A stretch of DNA of 60,896 nucleotides from a virus (IMGVR_UViG_3300034106_006066:1-60896), one strand, 5' to 3'; counted from the first letter of the stretch, positions 30,188 to 40,069 are shown. A program made the numbers and translations. The notes: generated by a model from the sequence alone, not told the origin.

Positions 30188-30769
30188 ATGATAACTATAA
30201 ATAATAAGGGTTATTGGGAATCAGATACAAATCAAGGACATATGAACGATCCAGTTTTACGCGAAAGTTTATTAGAGTTTTTACAAGACAATAACATAAA
30301 AACATTATTGGATCTTGGATGCGGAACCGGATACTATGTATCTCGATTTTTAGAAAATAATATAGAATGTAAAGCATATGATGGTAATCCAAATACTCCC
30401 ACCCTATCTAACGGCCTAGGAGCTGTATTAGATTTATCAGTTGATACTAATTTAAATCATAAATATGAATGTGTGTTATCATTAGAGGTTGGAGAGCATA
30501 TCCCAAAACAATACGAAGATATTTTTATAAATAATATATGTAAACACAGTAATAAATTGATTATTATTAGTTGGGCAATTATAGGACAGGCTGGAGACGG
30601 ACATGTGAACTGTCAAAATAACGATTATATTATATCAAAAATAACAGAACAGAAATTTGAGTATTGTCCAACACATACAAATTTTTTAAGACATAATTCT
30701 TCTTTATTTTGGTTTAAAAATACTATTATGGTCTTTAAATACATAGGAGATAATAATGAAACATACTAA
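30188..30769 (+). CDS. SAM methyltransferase
   Basis: LDLGCGTG, SLEVGEHIP, GHVNC. Confidence 0.88.
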   Translation: MITINNKGYWESDTNQGHMNDPVLRESLLEFLQDNNIKTLLDLGCGTGYYVSRFLENNIECKAYDGNPNTPTLSNGLGAVLDLSVDTNLNHKYECVLSLEVGEHIPKQYEDIFINNICKHSNKLIIISWAIIGQAGDGHVNCQNNDYIISKITEQKFEYCPTHTNFLRHNSSLFWFKNTIMVFKYIGDNNETY

Positions 30770-31289
30770 TGAAATATACGGATGGTTTAATTATAGCAAG
30801 CTATATGATAAGCTTGTACAATCAATTCCAGATAATGGAATATTCGTCGAATGCGGAGCATGGCTAGGCAAAAGTTCATCTTATCTGTGTGATATTGCAC
30901 AAGACAGAATACAAATATATATAGTAGATCATTGGCAAGGATCTCCAGAAGAAACGAACAGTATGCATAAGCTGGCACAAGAAACAGATGTTTACAAGCT
31001 CTTTTTAGATAATATGGGAAATAGAAATTTTATTCCATTAAAAATGAATTCTATCGAAGCATCAAAACAATTTCAAGATAATAGTTGTGATGTTGTATAC
31101 ATAGATATGGATCATTCATATGAAGCTGTCAAACAGGATATACTTCATTGGTTACCTAAAGTTAAAAATAATGGATTTTTAGCTGGACATGATTATGATT
31201 GGCCTGGAGTCAAAAGAGCTGTTGATGAATTATTTGAAAGTAATATTCTTATTGAAGGGACTTCCTGGATAGTTAGAAAGATAAACTAA
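30756..31289 (+). CDS. SAM methyltransferase (Methyltransf_24-like)
   Basis: VECGAWLGKS, VYIDMDHSYE, GHDY. Confidence 0.88.
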   Translation: MKHTNEIYGWFNYSKLYDKLVQSIPDNGIFVECGAWLGKSSSYLCDIAQDRIQIYIVDHWQGSPEETNSMHKLAQETDVYKLFLDNMGNRNFIPLKMNSIEASKQFQDNSCDVVYIDMDHSYEAVKQDILHWLPKVKNNGFLAGHDYDWPGVKRAVDELFESNILIEGTSWIVRKIN

Positions 31290-31308
31290 CTCCGACAAAA
31301 ACTTATAT

Positions 31309-31336
31309 TTGTCAACCCGGACACACTCTCTATAAT
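31309..31336 (+). promoter_or_regulatory. sigma70-type promoter
   Basis: TTGTCA-N16-TATAAT in intergenic gap. Confidence 0.6.
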
Positions 31337-31369
31337 ATAGAGAAGGATGAGTGTTATTTGGGAGTATAT

Positions 31370-31522
31370 ATGAATTATATATTGAGTATTTTTTTTATTA
31401 TGTCGTTAATTATTGGTATTATAAATGGTTTTGGCCAAATGGCTAGAGTTAGAAGAAATCCCGATGTAGGATATAAACCATCTAAAAATATTTTTGCATT
31501 TCTTTTTACTGATCCATACTAA
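31370..31522 (+). CDS. 50-aa membrane peptide (below ORF-track cutoff)
   Basis: GGAG RBS; MNYILSIFFIMSLIIGIINGFGQ...; TAATG-coupled to next gene. Confidence 0.65.
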   Translation: MNYILSIFFIMSLIIGIINGFGQMARVRRNPDVGYKPSKNIFAFLFTDPY

Positions 31523-32052
31523 TGAATAGACTTAGAAATCAAAGAGTTTATCTTGCTGGTGCTATGGACAGAGTTGCTGATAGAGGTTCTACATGGAGAG
31601 ATAATATAACTCCATTTCTTGAAAATCTAAATGTGGTAGTTTTTAATCCTATTAAAAAACCAAGTACCGAAGGTTCTGAAGATGCTGAAACTCATGCTAT
31701 TAAAGTAAAATTAAAGAAAGAACAAAGATATGATGAATTAAGTAGTATGATGAAAACTATTAGAGCTGTTGATTTGCGACTTGTTGATATTAGTGATTTT
31801 CTTATAGTAAATCTCAATCTCGAACACTATGCTTGTGGAACATGGGAGGAGCTGTCTCTTGCTAACAGAAGTAAAAAACCAATACTAGTACATATAGAGC
31901 AAGGTAAGCAGCACACTCCAGACTGGCTATTCGGTACTCTTCCTCATCAATGGTTCTTCTCTGAATGGTCAGATTTAAAAAATTATTTACTGCATGTAAA
32001 TACTGATGAGAATATAGAACATTATAATAGGTGGAGATTTTTTGATTTATGA
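31522..32052 (+). CDS. nucleoside 2-deoxyribosyltransferase-like protein
   Basis: VYLAGAM, WR, FNP, DL..V..SD, GTWEE. Confidence 0.8.
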   Translation: MNRLRNQRVYLAGAMDRVADRGSTWRDNITPFLENLNVVVFNPIKKPSTEGSEDAETHAIKVKLKKEQRYDELSSMMKTIRAVDLRLVDISDFLIVNLNLEHYACGTWEELSLANRSKKPILVHIEQGKQHTPDWLFGTLPHQWFFSEWSDLKNYLLHVNTDENIEHYNRWRFFDL

Positions 32053-32061
32053 GAAATTATT

Positions 32062-32265
32062 GTGCCAAAATATTATATCAAATCTGGTGAAATAAAATAC
32101 ATAGTTGATACCACGGATGAGACATCAGCCATTTTATCTGCTCTATATCATTATAAAAAAAAATCTGTTATGACAGGTCCGAAGATATGCGTAAGCGAAA
32201 AAGGATTTGAGAGCTTTAAAGACTGGAACTGCTATGATATTGATTATTACTTAAAGAAAGTATAG
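32062..32265 (+). CDS. hypothetical protein
   Basis: GTG start, fills gap. Confidence 0.65.
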   Translation: MPKYYIKSGEIKYIVDTTDETSAILSALYHYKKKSVMTGPKICVSEKGFESFKDWNCYDIDYYLKKV

Positions 32266-32266
32266 T

Positions 32267-33391
32267 ATGCAAAAAATTATTGATGAAGTAAAATTAGATT
32301 TTAATGATGTGTTGATTGTGCCTCAAAGATCAACACTAACTAGCAGATCAGAAATTAATTTAGAGAGAACATTTCAGTTTTATCACTCTTCGAGAAGTTG
32401 GACTGGTGTTCCTATAATGTGTGCTAATATGAGCTTTTGTAGTTTCGATATGGCAAAAGCATTAGCAAAACACAAGATGATAGCTTGTTTACATAAATAT
32501 CATAGTGTTCAGGAATTATATGATTATTTCACGCAAAATCCAGAAAATATAGATTATACATTTGTATCTATAGGATATAAAAAAAGCGACCTTAATCATT
32601 TATTAGAGCTAAAAAATAAACTAGGAAAACAACCTAATATTTGTATTGATGTTCCTAATGGACATATGGATGTTTTTGTAAAGTATTGTAAAAAAGTTAG
32701 AGAAAATTTTCAAGAGTCGATAATTGTAGCTGGAAACGTAACCAATACCTCGTCTACTCAAGAATTATTGATTTATGGTGGAGTAGATTTGGCCAAAATT
32801 GGAATTGGTGGAGGAAGCGCCTGTACAACTCGCTTTCTTACTGGTTGTGGCTTTCCCCAGTTGTCAGCTTGTTTAGAAAACTCATATGTTGCTCACGGTC
32901 TTCAAAACGGACCCAAGAAACTCGGTTTGATAGCGTCTGATGGTGGACATAAAACAGTTGGGGATGTTTGCAAGGCATTATGTGCTGGAAGCGATTTTGT
33001 AATGTTGGGAGGATATTTCGCTGGTTCTGAAGAATCAGATGGAGAATGGACATATGAGTATCTAGCAAATCATGGAGCTTTTTGGCAACCAAACAATCCA
33101 GGATATGATACAGAAAAAAGAAAAATTAAATTCTCATACTACGGTATGAGTACCCACTATGCACAAGAAAAATATGAGGATCATATTAAAAATTATAGAG
33201 CCAGTGAAGGAACCAAAATAACAGTAAAATATAAAGGATCACTAGATAAAGTTGTGCAAGAATTATTGGGAGGCATACGATCCTGTTGTTGTTATATTGG
33301 AGCTTCTAGTATAAAACATATGGCAAAATGTAGTCAATTTTGTAAAGTAAATCAAATTCATAACAATACCAATCCTGCACTTGGAGTCTAA
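32267..33391 (+). CDS. guaC: GMP reductase
   Basis: KLDFNDVLIVP.RS, ICIDVPNG, KIGIGGGSACTTR, SDGG, YGMS, YRASEG. Confidence 0.93.
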   Translation: MQKIIDEVKLDFNDVLIVPQRSTLTSRSEINLERTFQFYHSSRSWTGVPIMCANMSFCSFDMAKALAKHKMIACLHKYHSVQELYDYFTQNPENIDYTFVSIGYKKSDLNHLLELKNKLGKQPNICIDVPNGHMDVFVKYCKKVRENFQESIIVAGNVTNTSSTQELLIYGGVDLAKIGIGGGSACTTRFLTGCGFPQLSACLENSYVAHGLQNGPKKLGLIASDGGHKTVGDVCKALCAGSDFVMLGGYFAGSEESDGEWTYEYLANHGAFWQPNNPGYDTEKRKIKFSYYGMSTHYAQEKYEDHIKNYRASEGTKITVKYKGSLDKVVQELLGGIRSCCCYIGASSIKHMAKCSQFCKVNQIHNNTNPALGV

Positions 33392-34447
33392 ATGAATATA
33401 AATATATCTGCGCCGGTTAATAATACTGGTTATGGAGTAGCATCTTATAATATTATTAAAGAGCTTAGTAAAAAAAATAATATTGGATATTTTCCTATTG
33501 GAAATACTTTATTTCAAAATGAAGAAGATAAAGAATTTTTATCTAAAATCTATCAAAATGGTTTATCTTTAGACGCAAATGCTCCTTTCTTAAAAATTTG
33601 GCATCAGTTTGATTTATCTCAAAGAGTAGGCAAAGGTAAGTATTATGCATTATCATTTTTTGAGCTGGATACTTTTAATAGTCAAGAATTAATTCACTTA
33701 AATATTCCAGATGTTTTGTTCGTAACAAGTCTCTGGGGAAAAAATATATTAGAAAAGCATAATATCAAAACCCCTATCAAAGTAATACCACTAGGAGTAG
33801 ATAGAAGTATATTTCATGAAAACTTAAATATTACTAAAGATAATAAATATATTTTTCTTAATATTGGTAAATGGGAAGTTAGAAAAGGTCATGATATATT
33901 ACTAGAATTATTTCTAAAAGCTTTTCCAAATGAATCTGATGTTGAATTATGGATATGTGCAGCAGAGAATACCAACTCTTATTCATCAGCAGAGGAACTT
34001 AAAAAATGGAAAAGTATGTACAATCATCCTAGAATAAGAATTATTCCTGGATTAGAAACTCAACACGATCTAGCTAAACTAATAGGATTGAGTGATTGCG
34101 GTATATATCCCACAAGAGCAGAAGGATGGAATTTAGAATTATTGGAAACTATGAGTATGAATAGGCCAGTTATTACTAGTAATTATTCGTCTCAAACAGA
34201 ATTTTGTAATAAAGATAATTCATTCTTAGTAAGCGTTGATAGTTTAGAAAGTGCATTTGATAATAAAGCTTTTAGAAATCAAGGAAGTTGGGCTAAAATT
34301 AGCCATAAAGAAAAAGACAACTTTATTGATTTTATGAGATTTGTTTATAAAAATAGAATCAATACTAATGCTGAAGGAATTAAAACGGCTCAAACTTATA
34401 CCTGGAGTCATACGGCAGAATTAATAGAGAGGTGTATGCTAGAGTAA
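33392..34447 (+). CDS. GT4 glycosyltransferase
   Basis: TGYG, GKWEVRKG.D, PTRAEGWNL..LE.M. Confidence 0.88.
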   Translation: MNINISAPVNNTGYGVASYNIIKELSKKNNIGYFPIGNTLFQNEEDKEFLSKIYQNGLSLDANAPFLKIWHQFDLSQRVGKGKYYALSFFELDTFNSQELIHLNIPDVLFVTSLWGKNILEKHNIKTPIKVIPLGVDRSIFHENLNITKDNKYIFLNIGKWEVRKGHDILLELFLKAFPNESDVELWICAAENTNSYSSAEELKKWKSMYNHPRIRIIPGLETQHDLAKLIGLSDCGIYPTRAEGWNLELLETMSMNRPVITSNYSSQTEFCNKDNSFLVSVDSLESAFDNKAFRNQGSWAKISHKEKDNFIDFMRFVYKNRINTNAEGIKTAQTYTWSHTAELIERCMLE

Positions 34448-34458
34448 GGAGATTAAAT

Positions 34459-35097
34459 ATGCCGATTCCAAAACCAAATAAAGATGAATCTAACAAAGAT
34501 TTTATGAGTCGTTGTATGAGTAATCCTACAATGAATAAAGAATATCCAAGTAATGGTCAAAGATATACTATATGCACAAATCAGACCAAAAGTTCGTTAC
34601 TAGAAAAAGCTTGTGATATCTTAGCAGATAGAATTAAAGAAGAAGATGAGGAAGAAGAATTAACAGAAGATAATCTGGTTATTCCAAATGATGATGATTA
34701 TGAAGAATGCGATGAACCATCAGAAGATTATAACTTAGAGAGTTTATCAAAATTCGAATACAAACACCCTGTTACAAACGAGATTTATACTTATGACCGT
34801 AAAGGAGTTTATGAGAAGGATGGAAGAACTTTACTATATGTAGGAAAAGCTGCTAAATATCAAGGAAGAACTGTAAAACTAAACAAGCCCTTTAGAACAC
34901 CAGATGGTCCTAAAAAGTTTAGTGTTTATGTCAAGAACGACAAAGGAAATGTTGTTAAAGTAAATTTTGGTGATCCAAACATGAAAATTAAGAAAAATAT
35001 TCCAGAGAGAAGAAAAAGTTTTAGGGCTCGCCACAACTGTGATAACCCTGGACCAAAGCATAAGGCTCGATACTGGTCGTGCCAGTGGAGTTGGTAA
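34459..35097 (+). CDS. modular phage protein (PIPKP..FMSRCM module plus VNFGDP..RRKSFRARH..YWSC module)
   Basis: AAGGAG RBS before ATG 34459; modules recurrent in large phages, function unknown. Confidence 0.75.
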   Translation: MPIPKPNKDESNKDFMSRCMSNPTMNKEYPSNGQRYTICTNQTKSSLLEKACDILADRIKEEDEEEELTEDNLVIPNDDDYEECDEPSEDYNLESLSKFEYKHPVTNEIYTYDRKGVYEKDGRTLLYVGKAAKYQGRTVKLNKPFRTPDGPKKFSVYVKNDKGNVVKVNFGDPNMKIKKNIPERRKSFRARHNCDNPGPKHKARYWSCQWSW

Positions 35098-35118
35098 TAA
35101 TACAAAAGGAGAACAATA

Positions 35119-35721
35119 ATGACAGACCATAAGACTATTGAAGAACTATTACAAGACGAGACAGAAGCCAACACACAAATAATTACAGAAGAATCAACTG
35201 TGGAATCTGTACAGGAGTCAGTACCAGAAACCTCCGAATCTCAAGAAGTGACCGGCTACTCATCAGAAACTGTTATCGAATTGCTTAAAAAGTCCCTCAA
35301 CATTCACTGGAAACAAACAACAACACTCTCTGCTCAAGCTATTCATTTGGAAAGATGGGGATATAAAAAATTAGCAGATGTACTAAAAGCTGATGCTGAA
35401 GAAGAGCATAAGCATGCTATAATTAATATTAAAAGATTAGAATTTTTTGATATTGATTATCAACCTCTAATTGTAGCCCCTCCAACTTGGACAAGGCACG
35501 ATATGGTAGCATTAATTAAATATAATCTCGACTCAGTAAGAGAAGCTGCTGATACAGAAAGGGCAACTATAACTGCTGCTAGAAATGTTGGAGATGAATT
35601 AACTGCTAATGCTATGATTCCTTTACTTCAAGGTAGTGAAGACGGTATTGAACTCTATGAAGGCTATCTAAAACTTATTGAACAAATGGGATTAGATAAT
35701 TTCTTAAGTATACAAGTATGA
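35119..35721 (+). CDS. bacterioferritin-like protein, degenerate ferroxidase centre
   Basis: HLERWGYKKLA...EEEHKHA..IKRLEF, QMGLDNFL. Confidence 0.8.
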   Translation: MTDHKTIEELLQDETEANTQIITEESTVESVQESVPETSESQEVTGYSSETVIELLKKSLNIHWKQTTTLSAQAIHLERWGYKKLADVLKADAEEEHKHAIINIKRLEFFDIDYQPLIVAPPTWTRHDMVALIKYNLDSVREAADTERATITAARNVGDELTANAMIPLLQGSEDGIELYEGYLKLIEQMGLDNFLSIQV

Positions 35722-36362
35722 GTAATCTAAATTCTCTATTACAATTTTCAAAAATAGAGTCCTTGGGATATGATACTATATATTTAGAAAAACCAGTATC
35801 TAATATTATAGATTTTGATTGGAAAAAAATATTAGATGCTCCATTCTCTAATACTAGTTCTTCCACAATTAATGAATTAAGATTAATATCTTCAGAAACA
35901 CAGAAAAGAACAGAATCAGATATTGAATTAGTCCATTTAATAGATGAAGATTTAGACTATTATTTTATACAATTAATGAGGTCTTATAATTTAGAATATC
36001 CAGAAGAATTAATAAATAATTTTTATAGTATAGTTAGGCCATTAATCTTAAATGTTAAAATGCTATTTAATAGACCAAGACCAGTTCAATTAGCTAAATT
36101 TTATAATATCAATATAGACATTATACAAACTGATACTCACCATACAGCATCTTATCCATCCGGACACACGGTGTATAGTAGTTTGGTATCTAATATTATT
36201 AAGGATAAATATCCAAAAATAAATCGTCAAAAATTAGACAATATAGTAAATTTAACAGCTAAGGCTAGAGTTTTACAAGGAGTTCATTTTCCATCAGATA
36301 ATAAAGCATCTATTAAATTTAGTAATTATGTTTATAATAAACTGAAAGATAAAATATTATGA
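35718..36362 (+). CDS. PAP2-family phosphatase
   Basis: K..FNRPRP, SYPSGH, ARVLQGVHFPSD. Confidence 0.9.
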   Translation: MSNLNSLLQFSKIESLGYDTIYLEKPVSNIIDFDWKKILDAPFSNTSSSTINELRLISSETQKRTESDIELVHLIDEDLDYYFIQLMRSYNLEYPEELINNFYSIVRPLILNVKMLFNRPRPVQLAKFYNINIDIIQTDTHHTASYPSGHTVYSSLVSNIIKDKYPKINRQKLDNIVNLTAKARVLQGVHFPSDNKASIKFSNYVYNKLKDKIL

Positions 36363-36829
36363 AATACGATAAAATTTTAAATGATCTACAAAAAAGTCTT
36401 AGTGAAGATTTTAAAAATGTAGAAAAAATGGAAGTTGAAAGTCCCGATATTGAATTGATGGAATATAAAAAAGATTTTTATGATATGAGTGTTGGGTCAT
36501 TACGTTCCATAATGGAAAATGTAAACAGAATACTAAATAGTCTTGATAATCCAAACGTAAGCGAAAACTTGACAGAAAGCTGGCTACAGGGTAAAATCGC
36601 CATAACCGAGGACTATGTACGAACTATTCATGATTTTGTCATGTATGTCTCGGAGGATGACGATACTTCCGAGGGAGGATCAAGACCTGGATTATGGGAA
36701 AATATTCGCAAAAAAAAGGAAAGAGAAGGTAAAAATTATAGACCAGCTAAACCAGGAGATAAGGACAGGCCAGACAGTGACCAATGGAAAAAACTAACAA
36801 AAACAAAAGATCAAAAAAAGAAAAACTAA
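36359..36829 (+). CDS. modular hypothetical phage protein
   Basis: SWLQGKI...DY and PGLWENIRKK modules. Confidence 0.7.
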   Translation: MKYDKILNDLQKSLSEDFKNVEKMEVESPDIELMEYKKDFYDMSVGSLRSIMENVNRILNSLDNPNVSENLTESWLQGKIAITEDYVRTIHDFVMYVSEDDDTSEGGSRPGLWENIRKKKEREGKNYRPAKPGDKDRPDSDQWKKLTKTKDQKKKN

Positions 36830-36879
36830 GACAACGTAAGTCTGTAGTTAAGAAGATTAGGACAAAACAAGGAAAAAAT

Positions 36880-37479
36880 ATGGACAACAGAGAATATTTG
36901 TCGATGGGTGATTATATATCTTTGGCTAAAAAAACAGTAAATAAATTTGCTCCAAAGTTTTATAATGGATTAAATAAAGAGATACTCAGTAGCGAAGATG
37001 CTATTAGTGATATAGCTAGTGCTATAATGTATGCTGATTGGAGATTTGACCCTAATAGAGAAGGGTCGTCTGGAATGAAGAAAACACTATATTCTTATAG
37101 AAATCAATGTGCTATTTGGGCTATACAAACATATATTACTAATAAATATAAAAAGAAACCAAAAGAAGGAATGAGTCTAGATTACAATGATGCATCAGAT
37201 CAAAATGCATCAGCTTATCATGAATCTATTACAGATAAAAAACAAAGGAATCCTTTAGATATTCTTATACAAAAAGAAGAAGAAGATAATCTTGGACTAG
37301 ATTTAGATACCATATTAAATTCTGATATGATTAATGATAAACAAAAACAACAGTTACAAATGTATTATATGGAAGATATGACTTTATCTGAAATTGGAAA
37401 AGAGTTTGGAGTATCTAGAGAAGCGGTTAGACAAAGTCTTAAAAGAGCTATAGATAATATTAGAACTTATGCAAGCTAA
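36880..37479 (+). CDS. phage sigma factor (regions 2 and 4)
   Basis: ADWRFDP, YSY...AIWAI; MTLSEIGKEFGVSREAVRQ HTH. Confidence 0.85.
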   Translation: MDNREYLSMGDYISLAKKTVNKFAPKFYNGLNKEILSSEDAISDIASAIMYADWRFDPNREGSSGMKKTLYSYRNQCAIWAIQTYITNKYKKKPKEGMSLDYNDASDQNASAYHESITDKKQRNPLDILIQKEEEDNLGLDLDTILNSDMINDKQKQQLQMYYMEDMTLSEIGKEFGVSREAVRQSLKRAIDNIRTYAS

Positions 37480-37816
37480 GATAATACTATATATACTTAT
37501 TGCTAATAAAGAAACTATGTCATATGATATCATATCAGAACATCCTGATAGGTATGAAGAGTGCTCAGTAGATATAGTATCAGAGTCTGATTTAGATTTT
37601 CAAGTAGTTTCTTTATATAGCAAATACTTAGATTTAGATAGTAGCTATATAAGATTTATTAATTTAAGACCATTCATAGAGTCCAAAATTCTAAAAATCC
37701 CGTATTACTGCTTAATTCCATATAATAGTTATGAATTTAAAAATTCCTACAAAATACCAGTCCAAAAATATGTTCAATCTGTTCCAAATTTACGACAAAT
37801 TCTTAATATCATTTAA
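37469..37816 (+). CDS. hypothetical protein
   Basis: ORF in operon. Confidence 0.65.
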   Translation: MQAKIILYILIANKETMSYDIISEHPDRYEECSVDIVSESDLDFQVVSLYSKYLDLDSSYIRFINLRPFIESKILKIPYYCLIPYNSYEFKNSYKIPVQKYVQSVPNLRQILNII

Positions 37817-38213
37817 ATCCTTTTTTAGTAAAAAAGAACAAAATAATCTTAATAAAGAAATGTATTTAGCTTCTTTGTCTTTAGCTATTGTTGACCATGA
37901 TAAAGATTTGTTAGATATAAGATGTTTGCTACCAGATGTTAAAAATAAAAGTATAGAAGAAATTATGGTTATAGCCGAAAGATATGCTGAAATGCTAACA
38001 TATGTCAATACTGAAAAATTTAATAAATATATTGATCAAATTCTACAAGAAAGCAAAACTAAAAATAGTGATGATTTTAAACAGACTATGCTTATAGATA
38101 ATATTTTTCATTTTTGGGATATATACTATAACTTAGAAAATAAGAGACAATATCAAAAATATAAAAAAGACCAACCACTAATAAAGCCATCCCAGGCGTT
38201 TTTAGTAAAATAA
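37770..38213 (+). CDS. hypothetical protein
   Basis: ORF; start uncertain (37731 or 37770). Confidence 0.65.
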   Translation: MFNLFQIYDKFLISFKSFFSKKEQNNLNKEMYLASLSLAIVDHDKDLLDIRCLLPDVKNKSIEEIMVIAERYAEMLTYVNTEKFNKYIDQILQESKTKNSDDFKQTMLIDNIFHFWDIYYNLENKRQYQKYKKDQPLIKPSQAFLVK

Positions 38214-38290
38214 TAAATATTTACTTTTGTATATACATAAGTTATAATATTAAGTAAATAAATTTTTTATCTTCTTCGAGTTACAGCCAT

Positions 38291-38737
38291 ATGTCAAAAT
38301 CATCTTTAGAAAAAGTCATTATATGGCAAAAGTGGAAGGATCCATTTGGAGAAAAAGATGACGACATAGATGTTGATGATGAATATTCTAATTTTTATAC
38401 AGAAGAAGGTGATGATCTAGATGAAGAAATACATAAAAGTAAATTACAAAATAAACATATTAAGGTAATTGCTACTCCAATGGGTATTGTTCCTATTAAT
38501 GAAAATACTGCTAGTGGTAAAATTTTTAATTTTTGGATAGGACACACAAACTTTAATATTACAAAATATATAGCAGATATTATTGAAAAAACAGACGGAG
38601 TAGAAACACTAGATATTTTTACAAGATATCGTTTTAGAATAGCTATAGGTAAAGCTTTTACAGACTCTAGCGTTATGAAAGATATTCAAGAGTCAATTTA
38701 TTCATTTATGGATACTTATGATGATCAAAAAAGCTAA
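38291..38737 (+). CDS. conserved hypothetical phage protein
   Basis: WQKWKDPFG, FWIGHTNF, GVE.L...TRYRFRIAIGK. Confidence 0.75.
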   Translation: MSKSSLEKVIIWQKWKDPFGEKDDDIDVDDEYSNFYTEEGDDLDEEIHKSKLQNKHIKVIATPMGIVPINENTASGKIFNFWIGHTNFNITKYIADIIEKTDGVETLDIFTRYRFRIAIGKAFTDSSVMKDIQESIYSFMDTYDDQKS

Positions 38738-39401
38738 AGAATCAATAGAGCAAGATTTTACAAATCTTCATGATTATTATATAGATATTCCAAATAGAGA
38801 AATATATCTACACTCATATCTCCACGACGGAGAAGAAGCCGGAGTAGATTATAGATCTGCTATAATTTTTGAAAAAAATCTTAGATATCTTAATACACTA
38901 TCATTAGATCCTATATTAGTACATATGCATTTACCTGGTGGAGATTGGCAAGATTGTTTAGGTATTTATGACAATATAAAAATTAGTAAAAGCAAAGTTA
39001 TTATTGTTGCGTATGCCAAAGTAGAATCAAGCAGCACAGTACTATTACAAGCGGCCGACCTGAGAATATTAAGTGCTAATACTAATTTTTTAATGCATTA
39101 TGGATCCATCAGTGTGGATAATGAACATAAAGCGGCATTAAGCATGGTTCAATGGAGCGAAAAAGAAAGCGAAAAGATGATTGATATATTCACTGAAAAG
39201 TGTATGAATAGTAAGATATGTCAAGAAAAAAAATGGAAAAGAATGATGGTTAAAAAACATATTGTTACACAGTTGGCAACAAAAAGAGATTGGATATTAA
39301 CATCAGACGAAGCTGTTAATTATGGTTTTGCTGATGGTGTTTTGGGTACTAAAAAATTTCCTAATATAGACTACATTAAAAACTATGCAAAAAAATTATG
39401 A
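38718..39401 (+). CDS. clpP: ClpP-family protease subunit
   Basis: REIYL, PGG, VESSS (Ser), LMHYG (His), RDWIL..EAVNYGFAD (Asp). Confidence 0.8.
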   Translation: MMIKKAKESIEQDFTNLHDYYIDIPNREIYLHSYLHDGEEAGVDYRSAIIFEKNLRYLNTLSLDPILVHMHLPGGDWQDCLGIYDNIKISKSKVIIVAYAKVESSSTVLLQAADLRILSANTNFLMHYGSISVDNEHKAALSMVQWSEKESEKMIDIFTEKCMNSKICQEKKWKRMMVKKHIVTQLATKRDWILTSDEAVNYGFADGVLGTKKFPNIDYIKNYAKKL

Positions 39402-40069
39402 AAATTATAGAATATGCTAGCTATGATTACTCTATCAACGAAACAGAAACTCTAACTAATCTTACCAAATCAATCGAGCTTGGGGCAAATAGCATATCGG
39501 TATTACCATATAGTTTAAATACTATTAAAAATCTAGAAGAAAAAATAAAAGAAAAAAATATAGCAGTATCTTGTGTTATAGATTTTCCTTATGGATTAAG
39601 TGATCCAAAAAGTAGAATATTTGCTGCTTCTCAAATAGTAAAACAAAAAAACAGTATTCAATATTTGGATATTATGCTGCCAACCAAAATTATTAGTAAT
39701 AGGAAGTATGATAAATTTAGAGAAGAAATAAAGAATCTTGTTGAGCTTTGTAATGAAAATTATATAGAAATTAGATACATATTAGAATATAGGGTATTTA
39801 GTCACGAAGTATTAGCCAAAGTTTGTCAAATATTAAAAGAGTCTGGACTAAAAACTATACTACCATCTAGTGGCATGATGATAGATAATATTGACGATAA
39901 TCTAATAGCATGTAATTTTTTAACAACAAAAAGTAATATTAATACCATATGCACAGCCAATATATATACTGAAAAACAGGTCAAATCAGTGAAGAGAAAT
40001 TCAGAATTATATGGAATTAGATTATTTTATTTACCATCATTGGAACTATTTAATAAAATTTCTATATAA
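39398..40069 (+). CDS. DeoC (deoxyribose-phosphate aldolase)-like, probably inactive
   Basis: CVIDFPYG, LDIM, RYILE, LPSSG in place of VKTSTG. Confidence 0.7.
   Translation: MKIIEYASYDYSINETETLTNLTKSIELGANSISVLPYSLNTIKNLEEKIKEKNIAVSCVIDFPYGLSDPKSRIFAASQIVKQKNSIQYLDIMLPTKIISNRKYDKFREEIKNLVELCNENYIEIRYILEYRVFSHEVLAKVCQILKESGLKTILPSSGMMIDNIDDNLIACNFLTTKSNINTICTANIYTEKQVKSVKRNSELYGIRLFYLPSLELFNKISI

Noticed and set aside
36569-36597. TTGACA-N17-TAAAAT promoter-like match
   Set aside because: Inside a CDS about 280 nt from the next start; may be chance in AT-rich DNA.
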